In this document: in pieces, positions 23,010 through 35,442 of the stretch
Position numbering within the stretch: the first letter of the stretch is position 1
Layout of the letters: the number at the start of each line of letters is the position of its first letter
Assembly (NCBI RefSeq): GCF_004010195.1
Contig: NC_057760.1
Location: forward strand, 2,325,158-2,376,963
From: Chiloscyllium plagiosum
Taxonomy: Eukaryota
Length of the DNA: 51,806 bases
Direction of reading: 5' to 3'
Program-made: the position numbers and the translations under genes
The notes under the pieces: model-generated
Seen by the model: the letters and a program-made list of their open reading frames with translations, nothing else
Told to the model about the DNA's origin: nothing
The model's database searches: none

Positions 23010-24794
23010 CAAACCATCATCTCCCAGCCTGTACACAACCTCATCACCTCAGGGGATCTCCCACCCACAGCTTCCAACCTCAAAATTCGAGAATCCCGCA
23101 CTGCCCGGTTCTACCTCCTACCCAAGATCCACAAGCCTAACCACCCCAGCCGACCTAATTGTCTTAGCCTGCTCCTTCCCCACCGAATTCATCTCCACAT
23201 ACTTCGATACTGTCCTATCACCCCTGGTCCAGGAACGCCCAACGCCCTACACCACCTCCAAGATTTCTGTTTCCCTGGCCCCCCCATGCCTCATCTTCAC
23301 CATGGACATCCAAACCCTATACACTTCCATCCGCCATGACCAGGGTCTCCAAGCCCTCTGTTTCTTCCTTTCCTGACATCCCTATCAGTACCCTTCCGCT
23401 GACATTCATTTGACTGAACTGGTCCTCACCCTCAACAACTTCTCCTTCAAATCCTCCTCCAGACGAAAGGGATAGCCATGGGCACCCGTGTGGGCCCAGT
23501 ATGCCTGTCTTTGTCGGCTATGTGGAAAAGTTTATCTTTCGCAGTTACACCGGCGCCACTCCCCAGTTTTTCCTCCGCTACATTGATGACTGCATCGGCA
23601 CCATCTCACGCTCCCATGAGGAGGCTGAACAGTTCATCAACTTCACCAACACATTCCACCCCGACCTTAAATTCACCTGGACCACCTCTGACAGCTCTCT
23701 CCCCTTCCTGGACCTCTCCATCTCCATCAATGACGACCGACTCAACACTGACATTTTCTACAAAGCCACCGACTCCCACAGCTACCTGGATTACACTTCC
23801 TCCCACCCTGCCTCCTGCAAAAATGCTATCTCCTATTCCCGATTACTCCACCTCTGCTGCATCTGCTCCCAGGAGGACCAATTCCACTACAGAACACATC
23901 AGATAGCCTCCCTCTTTAAAGGCTGCAATTTCCCCTCCCACGTGGTTGATGATGCCCTCCAGCACATCTCATCCACTTCCCACACCTCCACACGCCATCC
24001 CTCCAACCGCAACAAGAGCAGACCCAACAAGTCCTCACCTTCCACCCCACCAAACTCCGCAAACATCACATCATTCTCGACCATTTATGCCACCTACAAA
24101 TGGATCCCACCACCAGATATATTTCCCTCCCGACCCTATCCGCTTTCTGTGAAAACTGTTCCCTTGCAACTAACTTGTCAACCATCCTCCCTTCTCTTCC
24201 CCCTCCTCCCCAACAACCCACCCTCTCCTCCTGGCACCTTCCCCTGCCACCACAGGAATTGCAAAACCTGCACCCACACCTCCTCACCTCCATCCAAGGC
24301 CCCAAAGGAGCCTTCCACATCCAAAGTTTCACCCACATTTCCACACATCATTTACTCTCCGTTGCTCCCGATGCGGTCTCCTGTATGTTGCCTACTTGCA
24401 GAGTGCTTCAGAGAATATCTCCGGGACACCCGCACCGACCAACCCCACCACCCTGTGGCCGGACACTTCAACTCTCCCTCACATTCTGCAGGAGGTCATG
24501 CAAGTCCTGGGCCTCCTCCATAGCCACTCCCTTACCACCCAACACCTGGAGGAAGAACCCCTCATCTTCTACCTTGGGACCTTCCAACCCCATGGCATCA
24601 ATATGGACTTCACCAGTTTCCTAATTTCCCTTACCCCAGTTCCAACCTTCCAGCTCAGGACTGTCCTCATCCATCCATCTTCCTTCCCACCTATCTGCAC
24701 TCTCACCTCCCCCCTCACCTCCGACCTCTCACCTTTTACTCCTGTTCCTCGGATGCTGCCTGACCTGCTGTGCTTTTCCAGCACCACTCTCTTG
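23010..24794 (+). mobile_element. PLE (family A), 5'-truncated, RT plus GIY-YIG remnant
   Basis: RFYLLPKIHKP; GIAMGTRVGP; FLRYIDDCIG; LPFLDLSISI; PVAGHFNSPSHS. About 16-bp TSD actgccttctgaaatg (22994-23009) / actactttctgaaatg (24795-24810). Confidence 0.9.
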
Positions 24795-24810
24795 ACTACT
24801 TTCTGAAATG

Positions 24811-27230
24811 GCCCAACAAGCATCAACTACTACAAAGTCAAACACAAAAGGGTTGAAACCTGACAGAGCACTTCGCATTGACTGAGGCACCGATGACAAT
24901 GGCCAATTCAGCCCTTCAGGTCTTATTAACATCCGGGAGCTGGTGCACAACTGGAAGAACAATCCGACACACCAGTGAAGCCCGACATGTCCAGTCTACA
25001 CTCTATTATCTAAGTAAGGGGAGACGTCACCAGCAGTGCTATCAAGCAACGCTGACTTGGCAATAACCTGTTCATCGATTCCCAGTTTGGGTCTGGTCAG
25101 GACCACTGAGCTCCTAACCTCATTACAGCCTTGGTTCAAAGATGGAGAAAAGAGTTGAATTCCAGAGGTGAGCCTGAAACCCATGGCATCATATCTTACA
25201 ATGCCCCAGCCATACTGTCACTGTCCCTGGGTATCTGCTTCTTCATGTTGTTCATGTCAAATAATGCTTGGAGGAAGCATGGAGGGTCTCAAGGGCAAAG
25301 AACATACTGTGGGTGGGGGGGGGGCCTCAGTGTCCACCATCAAGAGTGGCTCAGCAACAGCTGATACGCTAGGTGCTGGGGGAACCAATAAAATGGAAAA
25401 ACATTAACTGACCTCATTCTTGCTGAGCTGCTTCCCGCAGATGCATCATTGGGGTGGCCACTGCACACTGCCATTGTGGAGACAAAGTTCATATTGAGAA
25501 AACCCTCCACGCGTAGCACCATCGCCATCCTAAATGGCACAGATCTCCAACAGATGGAGCAACTCCAGACTGGGATCCACGCAGCAGTGCAGGGCCCTCA
25601 ACAACCTGAATTGTACTCCAACATAACCTGCAATCTCTCAACCTGGCATAAGCTCCACTCAGCCACTACCATCAAGTTGGGAAATTAACCCTGGTTCAGC
25701 GGAGAGTTCAGAGGACACGTCAGGAACAGCAGCAGGCTTAGCCAAAAATGAAGTGTCAACCTGGTGATGTTACAACACAGGACGAAAGGCATGAAAAAGC
25801 ATAAGCAGCAATTGCTAGTGAACAAAGCAATTCCACAAACTGCATATCAGATCCAAACTGCAGTCATGCTATGTCCAGTTGTGAATGCTGGTGAACAGTT
25901 AAACAACTCACTGGAGGAGGCAGTTCACAAGTACCTCTATGAGGGGAAGGCTAGCGCAATATTGCAAAAGATAAGGCTGAAGCATTTGTACCAGAAGCGG
26001 CGAGTGGATGATCCATCTCAGCCTCCTTCCAAAGTCCCTAGCATCACAGGTGCCAGTCTTCAGCCAATCGATATCAAGTAATGGCTGAAGACATCTGATA
26101 GGGCAAAGACTCCTCCAATAAAACTGAAGATTCGTGCACAAGAACTTGTCACACCCCTAGCCAAGCTGTTTCAGTACACCAACCACACTGCCATCTGCTT
26201 GAAATAGTAGATAGCTGCTTGGTTATGTCCTGTACACACAAAGCCAAGACAAATTCAACCTATCAATTACTGCCCCAGTCTACACTCGATTATCAAAGTA
26301 AGGGGAGGCGTCACCAGCAGTGCTACCAAACAGCATTGACTTAGCAATAGAATTCAAACTGGGAATCACCAAGGACCACTATTCACCTGACTTCATTACA
26401 ACCTTGGTTCAAAGATGGAAAAGAGAGATGAGTTCCAAAGGTGAGGTGAGAGTGACAGCCCTTGACATCAAGGCTGCATTCAACCGAGTGTGTCATCAAA
26501 GCTGCATTATCAAAACTGGAATCAATGGAAATCAGGGCATTCATTCCGAACAATAAAGGGAGATGATTGCACTTGTTCGACGTCAGTCATCTCAGCTCCA
26601 GGACATCTCTGCAAGAGTTCCTTGAAGTAGTGTCCTAAAACAAACAATCTTCACCTGTCTCAGCAACGACCTTTCCTCCATCATAAGGTCAGGAGTGGGG
26701 GTGTTCTTCATCATTTGCAACTTACTAGTTACTGGAGCAGTCCATGACCAAATGGAGCAGGGTCCAGACAGTAACCAAGAAGATTCATACCAGGGAAGTG
26801 CCAGACAATGATCAGCTCCAACAAGTGAGAACCTAACCATCACTCCTTGACAGTCACATGAATTACCCCCTGAACCTTCCCACTATCAACATCTTGGAGG
26901 TTACCACTGACTTAAACAGGACTAGCCATATAAATACAGTGGCTTCAAGAGCAGGTCAGAGATGGGAATACTGCAGCGAGTAACTCCCCTCCAGTCTCCC
27001 CAGATCCTGCCCACCTTTAACGAGGTACAATTTAAGGACAGCGGTGCCGAGCTGCAGGACAAAACAGCTTACTTGATTGGTATCCCAATGTACCAGCTTG
27101 AACATTCACTCTCTCCACTCAGTGCTCATTGGTAGTAGTGTGTACCATCTAAAGAGGCACTGCAGGAATTCACCATCTTCCAAACCCATGACTGCTAACC
27201 CCTAAAGGACAACGGCAGCAGATACACAGG
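24811..27230 (+). mobile_element. Highly decayed CR1/L2-group LINE
   Basis: Remnants such as EVRVTALDIKAAFNRV and gttccttgaagtagtgtccta (VPQGSVL-like), with many stops. Confidence 0.7.
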
Positions 27231-27231
27231 A

Positions 27232-28610
27232 ACATTCCCCTAGAGACTGATTACTAAACTTAGTGATAGATTTTTTAGATTAGATTACAGTGTGAAAACA
27301 GGCCCTTCGGCCCAACAAGTCCACACCGACCCGCCGAAGCGCAACTCACCCATACCCCTACATTTACCCCTTACCTAACACTACGGACAATTTAGCATGG
27401 CCAATTCACCTGACCTGCACATCTTTGGACTGTGGGAGGAAACCGGAGCACCCGGAAGAAACCCACGCAGACACGGGGAGAATATGCAAACTCCACACAG
27501 TCAGTCGCCTGAGGCGGGAACTGAACCCGGGTCTCTGGCGCTGTGAGGCAGCAGTGCTAACCACTGTGCCACCGTGCCGCCCATACGGACTAAGCCCCAC
27601 CCTCTGCAACTGGATCCTCAGTTTCCTGACTACAGGCCACAATCAGTGAAGGTTGGGGACAATATTTCATCCTCATTAACACGCAGGACTGGAGCCCCCC
27701 AGGGGTGTGTACTCAGCCCCCTACTGCACTCACTGTATACCTCTGACTGCGTCACCAAATACCAGACTAATGCCATTTACAAGTTCACTGATGACACCAC
27801 CATAGTCTGACGAATCTCAGATGGCGACGAAACAGACTGCAGACGGGAGGTGGAAGACCTGGAAAAATGGTGCACTGAGAACAACCTAGCTCTCAATGCT
27901 GGCAAAACCAAAGAACCCATTATTGACTTTCGGCAGGATGTTACTCATGCCCCCCTACACATTAACAGCACAGAGGTGTAATGAGTGGAGAGTGTCAAGC
28001 TCCTGGGAGTGATCATCCACAACAAGCTTTCTTGGACTCTCCATGTGGACGCACTGGTTACAAAGACCCAACAACGTCTCTTCTTCCTCAGGCAGCTGAG
28101 GAAATTTGGCATGACGGTGAATACCCTCGCCAACTTTTATAGGTACGGCATCGAGAGCATTCTGTCTGGATGTATCACTACCTGGTATGGCAACTGTACC
28201 ATTCAAGATCGGAGACGGTTACAGAGAGTGGTGAACTCGGCCCGGACAATCACAAAGGCCAACCTCCCATCTATAGAATCCATCTCCCAGGCCCACTGTC
28301 AGGGAAAGGCCGCCAGCATTCTCAAAGATCCATCCCACCCTGGCAATGTTTTTCTACAACCTCTACCATCGGGGAGAAGGTACAGAAGCGTGAACACACG
28401 CACCAGCCGGTTTAGAAACAGTTTCTACCCTGCTGTTGTTAGAATACTGAGTGGACTCTCAAACTCTTCACATTCGCCTGGACCTGGTGATTTTGTTTTT
28501 GCTGCTGGGGACCTATTATTTACTATCTGTGCTACTTCACTCTGTGATCTGCCTGTATTGCTCACAAGACAAAGCTTTTCACTGTCCCTCGGTACACGTT
28601 CAACTCAAAT
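27232..28610 (+). mobile_element. Rex-Babar/L2-like LINE RT 3' part, interrupted by an HE1 SINE
   Basis: GLSPTLCNWILSFLT; TGAPQGCVLSPLLHSLYTSDC...YKFTDDTT; QQRLFFLRQLRKF...LPSGRRYRS...RFRNSFYP. Confidence 0.85.
27275..27582 (-). mobile_element. HE1 SINE, full length
   Basis: Reverse complement of the 16702-17020 element. Confidence 0.9.
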
Positions 28611-28939
28611 CAACAATCCTCCCCACCTCTAAAAATCCTCCTCCAAGCTAATCTTGACTTGGAAATACATTGCTGTTCCTTCCAGGTCCCAAACAGGACT
28701 ATGGGGGTGACTACAGCAGTTCAATACAGCAGCTCACCACAACCGCCTTCTCAAGGGCAACTAGCAACGTGCAATAAATGCTGGCCCAGCGAGCAACACC
28801 CCTATTGAGTTTTTTATTTAAGAGGTGCTGTGAAGCCTGCTCCAGTGAACTACACCCTCCCGACACAAAGGTTTTCCTGGACTCTGAACTGTTAAGTTGG
28901 GGGAGGTATGGCCAGCTGTAGGACCCGTATCTTTTTTTT

Positions 28940-29275
28940 TACCCTCACTGGTTAGACCAGCACTTGCTGCTCGTCCCTAATTGCCCAGAGGGCCGTTCAG
29001 AATCAACCACGTTGCTGTGGGACTGGAGTCACATGTAGGCCAGACCAGGTAAGGACAGCAGATTCCTTTGTCAAAAAGGACATTAGGGAACCAGGCGGGT
29101 TTTTCCAACAATCGACAATGGGTTGACGGTCATCATCAGACTCTATTCCAGATTTTTTTGTTTTTCCAAAATTGAATTTAAACTCTGCCACGTACCAAGG
29201 TAAATTCAAACCCGGAACATTCTTGGGTCTCTGGATGAACAGTCTAGCGATAATACCATCACCATCCCTTGCCAA
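28940..29275 (-). mobile_element. tRNA-headed SINE of a second family (related copies at about 22705-22900, 47430-47650 and 49445-49700)
   Basis: Shared gggactggagtcacatgtaggccagaccagg...ttcttgggtctctggat...gcgataatacca motifs. Confidence 0.6.
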
Positions 29276-29390
29276 AAAACGTACATGAGTACACAGAAAC
29301 CTCAAAAAGGAAAAACAAAATGAGGGGGGTATGGAAAGGACAGAGTTTGAACTGCGTAGACCTAGATTACAATTTGTCTGTAATTCATAC

Positions 29391-29457
29391 CGTTTTTCTC
29401 GTGAATCTGAACCAGTGATTTGTAGGACTGCTGGGCCCGAGTGAGGCTATATTGCGA
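29391..29457 (-). CDS. UBE2Q1: UBE2Q1 exon 12
   Basis: tag|TCG ... AAC G|gtatga. Encodes SQYSLTRAQQSYKSLVQIHEKN(G). Confidence 0.96.
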
Positions 29458-29499
29458 CTAGAATAAAAAAAGCAGAGGTTATGGTTTGTTAAAAAAAAA

Positions 29500-29825
29500 C
29501 AGACCTGCATTGCTGTAGCACCTTTCACAGCCCTGGATATCCTATTGCACTTAACAGCCAACAAGGCTTTTTGTTTTGAAAAAAAAACTAGTCACTGTCG
29601 AAGAGCTAACTTTCACACAGCAAGATCCTACACTGATAACAAGCTGGTAATCTGTTGGCGACATGGGGTTCAATACTGGTGCCAGGGAGAACTTAGCCTG
29701 CTCTTCAGAATATTGATGAGTGGCTCTCCAAAATCAACTCGAGGGCAGATGGTTTCAATTGATCATCTGAAAGACCATCTTGCGCTGACATTTCGATGCC
29801 CTCTGGGTACTACTGTCTGCTGAGT
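29500..29825 (-). mobile_element. Deu-domain SINE (SacSINE1-like), decayed
   Basis: Reverse complement contains gaagagcagg..gttctccctggcacc...aggatcttgctgtgtg...ggctgtgaaaggtgcta..aatgcagg. Confidence 0.55.
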
Positions 29826-30092
29826 AACTGTTGTTGCTGTGGTACTGAGATGATGATAACAGCCTGGGGTTTCTGAGGCCCCTGGCGTGGGTCCTGAAAA
29901 TGGGAAGGATAGAGACTCCACAAGCAAGGAGAGCACACACACACACACACGGGACTATGGAGGAAACGTACTCCATGGCACACGAGTCTACAGCAGCTAG
30001 AACCAGGAGTCACAGATTTGGGACACAGTAGGCTGTTTAGGACGGAGATAAGCATGGTGTAATTCTCTACCACAGAAGGCTGGATATTTTAA

Positions 30093-30263
30093 AAAGTTAA
30101 AAAATCACACAACACCAGGTTTAATTGGAAGCACTAGCTTTCGGAGCGCTGCTCCTTCATTAGGTGGTTGTGATTATACCAAATAAACCTGTTGGACTAA
30201 AACTTGGTGTTGTGTGATTTTTTAAACTTTGTACACCCCAGTCCAACTCTGGTATCTCCAAAT
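30093..30263. mobile_element. Short fold-back element (family C); hammerhead on - strand (30132-30166) with CTAATGA core variant
   Basis: Inverted arms visible. Reverse complement reads cac-CTAATGA-aggagc(agc)gctcc-GAAA-gcta-gtg. Confidence 0.78.
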
Positions 30264-30286
30264 CAGTATTATATAAAAAAAAATGA

Positions 30287-31030
30287 TAATTGCTTGCCTT
30301 CATTGGAAGGAGCATTGAGCATAAGGGTAGACAAGTTATGCTGCAGCTTTATCGAACTTTAGTTAGACCACACTTGGAATATTGCGTACAGTTCTGGTCG
30401 CCACACTACCAGAAGGAGGAGGATGCTTTAGAGAGGGTACAGAAAAGGTTTACCGGGATGCTGCCTGGTATGGGGGGATTTTAGTGATGAAGCAAGGTTG
30501 GATAGACTGGGTTTCACTGGAACACAGGAGGTTGAGGGGACAGCCTGATAGAAGTTTAAAAGATCGTGGATGGCAATGATAGAGTGGGAAGTATGAGGCT
30601 TTTCCCCATGGGTGGCAGGGTCAAAGATGAGGGGACACAGGGTCGAGGTGCGGAGGAGTGGTGGGAAGAGAGGGAGATGTGTGAGGCAAGGTTTTCACAC
30701 AAAAGTGGGGGTGAGTGCTTGGAACATGTTACCGGAGGATGCAGACACGACAGCAGTGTTTAAAAAGGCACCTGGACAAATACATGAACAGGACGGAAAT
30801 AGGGGATACGGATCCTGTAGATGGAGACAATTATAGTATGGAAGAGATAAATGTGTCAGCGCAGGCTTGGAGGGCTGAAGGGCCTGTTCCTGCGTTGTAT
30901 TGTTCTTGTATGGGGTATGGAGGGAAAACAGGAATGTGGCAGTGAGACAGAGGATCAGCCATGATCCTATTGAAGGGTAATGGAGCTCAAAGGGCTGAAT
31001 GGCCTATTCCTACTCCCCATTTCTATGGAT
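30287..31030 (+). mobile_element. CR1 LINE 3' fragments
   Basis: LAFIGRSIEHK...LYRTLVRPHLEYCVQFWSPHY. Confidence 0.85.
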
Positions 31031-31220
31031 GGCTAGCTGTTCAATTCGCTTGAAGTGCCTGGATAGAGGGGGTAAATACCTTGTGATATGAAAGACTCAG
31101 TCTCTTAACATTCCTTATTACTGTGAAGACAGCAGACAGACATAAACCTCACCACCCCTCCAAACACAATGGACGTCACCTGGCTTTCCCCCCGCCCCCC
31201 CCAATCCGAGCACAGCTCAC

Positions 31221-31316
31221 CTTATTGGCTCCAAACTGAATTCTTGCTTTTCCTTTCACCAGCGTTGCACTAATCTGCATAATGACAGACTCGATTGAGT
31301 AAGCACTACTCCAGCC
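31221..31316 (-). CDS. UBE2Q1: UBE2Q1 exon 11
   Basis: cag|GGC ... AAG|gtgagc. Encodes [32 protein letters not shown]. Confidence 0.97.
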
Positions 31317-32279
31317 CTGGGGTAGGGAAAGAGGGACCGTTGATAGGCAAAACAAAAACACAACGTAAGAGGTTAGTCTGGTGTAAGTCAGAGAGAGACA
31401 CAGACAGTCTCTTGGAGAAGTGGGGAGGCAGAGAAACAGTGGTTCCTGTGCTGTGGAACAAGAAGATCACAGGACATGGTCACTACTCTGCACGCAAGTT
31501 TGAGAGAACTGAACCTTACTCGGGATCTGGTAATAATCACGTGGGGGGGGGGGGGGGGGGGGGTCTCTTCGAATTCAGTTGCTCCCTTGTAGAATAGGAC
31601 AGGGCAGCACATCAAGCCCACGTGACAAATTGAAGCTCCCAGCATAGTCCCACCCCCACCTTCATATCAGGTAGATAAAGGATTAGGCTGAACTGTGATG
31701 CCTACCACAGCCAGATAGCCCTCAGCCTGGCCAGGGCAGAGATGGTGCTGTTGGACCTAACCAGGCAGAAGCTATTGCCCTGCAGGATGCAGTACTCTGA
31801 GGTATTAAAAAGGCAGTCGTGGTCATTCTAACTGGAGATACAACGCAGCGGGAGTTCAACTCCAAGGATGGCCAGTGGGATTGGATTTATTGATTCAAGT
31901 GAAAGTCATTAAAGAAAGCCTTTTAATTAAGGCATCGATATCCTCCAGAGCCAATCTGCCCTTTCAGTGCCCAAACTGCATGCTCAGGTTTCCTGTCAAA
32001 TCGCTTTGTTGGAACAAACTTACCTCTTAGTACAGGAACAGCATAGGAACTCTATGAAGGAGTAATTGGATTGGTGGGTGGAGGTGTGCCTGATAGTACA
32101 GGATTGCAGTACTTTGTTTCAATTCGGAATGGTCACACAGGCCTGTACTGGCTCTCTGAACGAGCCCTGAACAAGTTGAATGGATGGCACAGACCTGATG
32201 GGGTGAATTCTGAATCCCGCCAGAACCGGTTGGGACTCACAAAGGGTTTCCCCAGTTGAATAGCCTGCATCTCGCTCAC

Positions 32280-32328
32280 CTGTTTTGTCAGGAGCTCCAT
32301 GCAAATTGCACCTCCTCCAAGGACGTAG
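32280..32328 (-). CDS. UBE2Q1: UBE2Q1 exon 10 (contains the catalytic Cys)
   Basis: cag|C TAC ... CAG|gtgagc. Encodes (G)YVLGGGAICMELLTKQ. Confidence 0.97.
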
Positions 32329-32834
32329 CTGTGGAAAAAGGAAAAGTCAGTGAGGGGTGAGATACTGTGCAGGAAGTGCAGAATCAGAACTGGAAAGGGG
32401 GACCCTCAAGCCCACCCCCTTGCTCAGCACGATTGTGGTTGATCAGAGTGCAGCCTCTACTCCATTCTACTGCCTACTCCCAAAACTCATTAACCGCCTT
32501 GAAGCTGACATCCAAATTAGGAGGTCAATCAGGCCCCGCCTCCTTACCTCCCCCTCTTAAAGGCTGTCCCATCACTTCCTTCAGAACTGTCTCCTGTGTA
32601 CATTGCTTTTAGCGTTTGGAAGCTTGCACAAGAATCCACAAGTCTCCAAGGTGTTCAGAGTGGGACTCATGTTCTTCTTCCTTCCTGTCTCTAACCAACA
32701 CAGGATTCTCAATCAGAGCTCCTCTCTCAACCCTTCTGTTAGACCTGTGGGAAATTCAGTATCCATCTGAACATGAGTTTTAGTTCAACGCTTTAACTGA
32801 ACGTCATCCCCGACAATGCATGTATAGCAACCTA

Positions 32835-33090
32835 AAAAAAACCCCAGAAATCACTAGAGAAACTCATCGGGTCTGGTAGCATTCACGGAGACAGAAAGCA
32901 GAGAGTCAACATTTCAAATCCAGCGATCCTTCTGAAATTCCTGAAGAAAGCATTCTGGACTCTAAACATTAAACACTCTCTCTCTCTCTCTCCACAGATG
33001 CTGCCAGACCCACTGAGTTTCTCCAGCAATTTCTGGGGTTTTTTTTTGGATTGTTTCAGATTTTCAGTATCCACAGTTCTTTGCTTGACT
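32835..33090. mobile_element. Fold-back pair of PLE-type terminal fragments (related pieces at about 19245-19315 and 46395-46510)
   Basis: gagaaactcatcgggtctggtagcat inverted against atgctgccagacccactgagtttctc; decayed CTGAAGA motif at about 32941. Confidence 0.55.
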
Positions 33091-34107
33091 TTAAAGTTGT
33101 GAATTCCACCCCCCCCCCCCCCCGCCTCGATTATATCTGGAACTCTTGGGAGTTCACAACCTTGGCTCAAGTTTGCAGAAATATTTCTGAGAAATAGGAG
33201 GGCCTGACAGACAAAATTTCCGCTGGGATCAGAGTGGGCACAGGAGAAAACTTGGACACTTTCAGGCAGCTTTTGGTCAAGTCCCACACAAAAGGTTATG
33301 AACACAATTAAGACCACATGGGACTGAGGGAGGGATATAACAGCCTGAATTAAAAGCTGGTTAAAAAGGAGAGAGAGTAGAAGCATAGGATAAATGGATC
33401 ATTCTTGAATGAGTAAACTTTGAGCAGTGGGACGTCCAAGGATTGGATTTATTTACAATTCATATCAATGATTTGGCCGTCAAGATTAAATGCAATGTTT
33501 CCAAAGTTTGCAGAAGGCTCAAAGCTGGGCGGGAGTGAGATGTAAGGGGTTGCAAAGACACTGAGGAGATTTGGACAGGCTACGAGAGTAGACAAAAATT
33601 TGGCAGATGGAATACAATATGGAGCCATGGGAGATCATCCACTTTATTTGGAAAACAGAAGTATTTCTTAAATAGAGGAAGGCTAGGAAGTACTGGACTT
33701 CAGAAACAGCTGGGGTGCCCTTGTTCGGGAGCCACTGAAAAGGTAACTTACAGGCACAACAAGTCACGAAGAAAGTAAATGGGATGTTATCCTTTATTAC
33801 AGAGGATGTGAGGACAGGAGTGAAGATACAACTGCTATAATTAGAGTCTTGGTGAGACTATACCTGGAGAACGGAGTACAGTTTTGGCTCATCAGGATAT
33901 TTCCTTTGGTTTGTTTTATTTGGGGGCGGGGAGGTGCTCAGAATGAGGGACGGAGAAGAGGACGAATTTCTTCACTCAGGTAGTGGTGAGGAATTCTCTC
34001 TCACAGGGGCTGTGGAGGTTCAGTCAGTCATTGAAGATGATCAAAACACGGAGGTTAATGGATTTCTACATGTTGTGGTTCTGTTCGCCGAGCTGGGAAT
34101 TTGCGTT

Positions 34108-34147
34108 GCAGACGTTTCGTCCCCTGTCTAGGTGACATCCTCAGGTG
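34108..34147 (-). ncRNA. Minimal hammerhead motif (family B), inverted copy
   Basis: Reverse complement reads cac-CTGAGGA-t-gtcacct(agac)aggggac-GAAA-c-GTC-tgc. Confidence 0.6.
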
Positions 34148-34539
34148 ATTGGGAGCCTTCTGTGAGAATGAGGACATGCCGCAACCCAAAGGACTAGCCA
34201 CACTACCATACATCAAGAGCATTTCCGAACTGACAGCCAGACTACTGTGACCACTAGGACTCACAACAGCACACAAACCAACAGCCACTCAGACAACAAC
34301 TCACCAAAACGAAGGACCCATGAGCAAAACCAATGTAGTGTACAAAATCCCATGCAAGGTCTGAACACTACATAGGACAAACAGGAAGACAGCTAACGAT
34401 CCACATCCATGAACACCAACTAGCCACGAAACGACACGACCAGCTATCCTTAGTTGCTACACACGCAGATGACATGCAACATGAATTCGACTGGGACCTG
34501 GAGGAAACATCACAGAAGCGCTTCACAGGAGGCTCCCAA

Positions 34540-34579
34540 GCACTGAGGATGTCACCTAGACAGGGGACGAAACGTCTGC
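34540..34579 (+). ncRNA. Minimal hammerhead motif (family B)
   Basis: gca-CTGAGGA-t-gtcacct(agac)aggggac-GAAA-c-GTC-tgc. Stem I gca/tgc, stem II 6 of 7 pairs. Confidence 0.72.
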
Positions 34580-34977
34580 AACACAAATTCCCAGCTCGGC
34601 GAACAGAACCACAACAACGAGCACCCGAGCTACAAATCTTCACACAGACTTTGGATTTCTACATGTCAAAAATATGCAGGGATAGTGCAGGGGAACAAAA
34701 ACAAGATGTTGTTGAAATGAAAGATTGACCGCGATCTCACTGAATTGCGGAGTGGGCCCAAGGGGCTGTAAACCCCTCTACGGTTTCTTATGAAAGCTGG
34801 ACAGCTTGTGGTGTGACTGAACTGGAGACTGGCAATTCCTCACAATGCAGGACAGAGCAGCAGCAAAGTATCACGTGGCTTGTGGCCTCCATTTCCTACT
34901 GGAACTAATCGCTCATCGAACACTCAATTTCTAACAGAGATTTACAGAAAAACAAAACAGCAACTGCTGTTACTCAC

Positions 34978-35036
34978 CCTCCACTCAGAACTGGAGAAAC
35001 GACTCTTACAAAGGGTGGGTCAAAAGGAAAATTATC
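34978..35036 (-). CDS. UBE2Q1: UBE2Q1 exon 9
   Basis: tag|GAT ... GG|gtgagt. Encodes DNFPFDPPFVRVVSPVLSG(G). Confidence 0.97.
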
Positions 35037-35351
35037 CTAGGAGGCAAAAAAGTAGTAGTCATATACTGAGTCCATACTGCAATTTCAAAATAAGAATATT
35101 AATTTCATAACTCCCAATTCCCACTCCTTCCCCCTTCACTGACTGTCTCCACCCACAACCCCATGTAGACCGTCTCTCACCCAACCCACAGCCCAGTGTA
35201 CACTCCCCCCACCCCCCCCCCCCCCCACCAAAATCATGGACAAACCCACACCAATACCCTGTGTTGTCCCCCTCTCTGTGCCCTCCCACAGCTCTCCCTA
35301 GTCCTGTCAGCCTGCAGCTCCCTCGCTAGCAGCCCCCTTCCCGGTACTCAC

Positions 35352-35442
35352 TTTAAAAGAGAAATTTAACAAAATAAAGTCGATGCCTTCTTTCTCGTGA
35401 AGGATCTGGAGGTCATTATGCAAAGCGCTGTCTTGATCAACT
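35352..35442 (-). CDS. UBE2Q1: UBE2Q1 exon 8
   Basis: tag|A GTT ... AAA|gtgagt. Encodes [30 protein letters not shown]. Confidence 0.97.

Larger units (their letters stand above)
34071..34651 (+). mobile_element. PLE family B, internally deleted, with inverted terminal arms and GIY-YIG remnant
   Basis: Arms 34071-34165 / 34523-34616. LPYIKSISELTARLL, SKTNVVYKIPCK...HYIGQTGRQLTIHIHEH. 15-bp TSD tggatttctacatgt (34059-34073 / 34652-34666). Confidence 0.88.
33290..34790 (+). mobile_element. Decayed CR1 LINE hosting the family B PLE insertion
   Basis: tttacaattcatatcaatgatttgg...aagtttgcaga; tggcagatggaatacaat; ctggagaacggagtacagttttgg. Confidence 0.65.

Noticed and set aside
23501..24523. 340-aa RT-like ORF (also 11343-11909 and 27985-28632) as functional or domesticated genes
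   Set aside because: They are truncated, frameshifted retroelement fragments with no sign of intactness.
31543..31563. Poly-G/poly-C runs (also about 15427, 17206, 48582 and 51757) as G-quadruplex elements
   Set aside because: Simple homopolymers of uncertain assembled length, with no supporting context.
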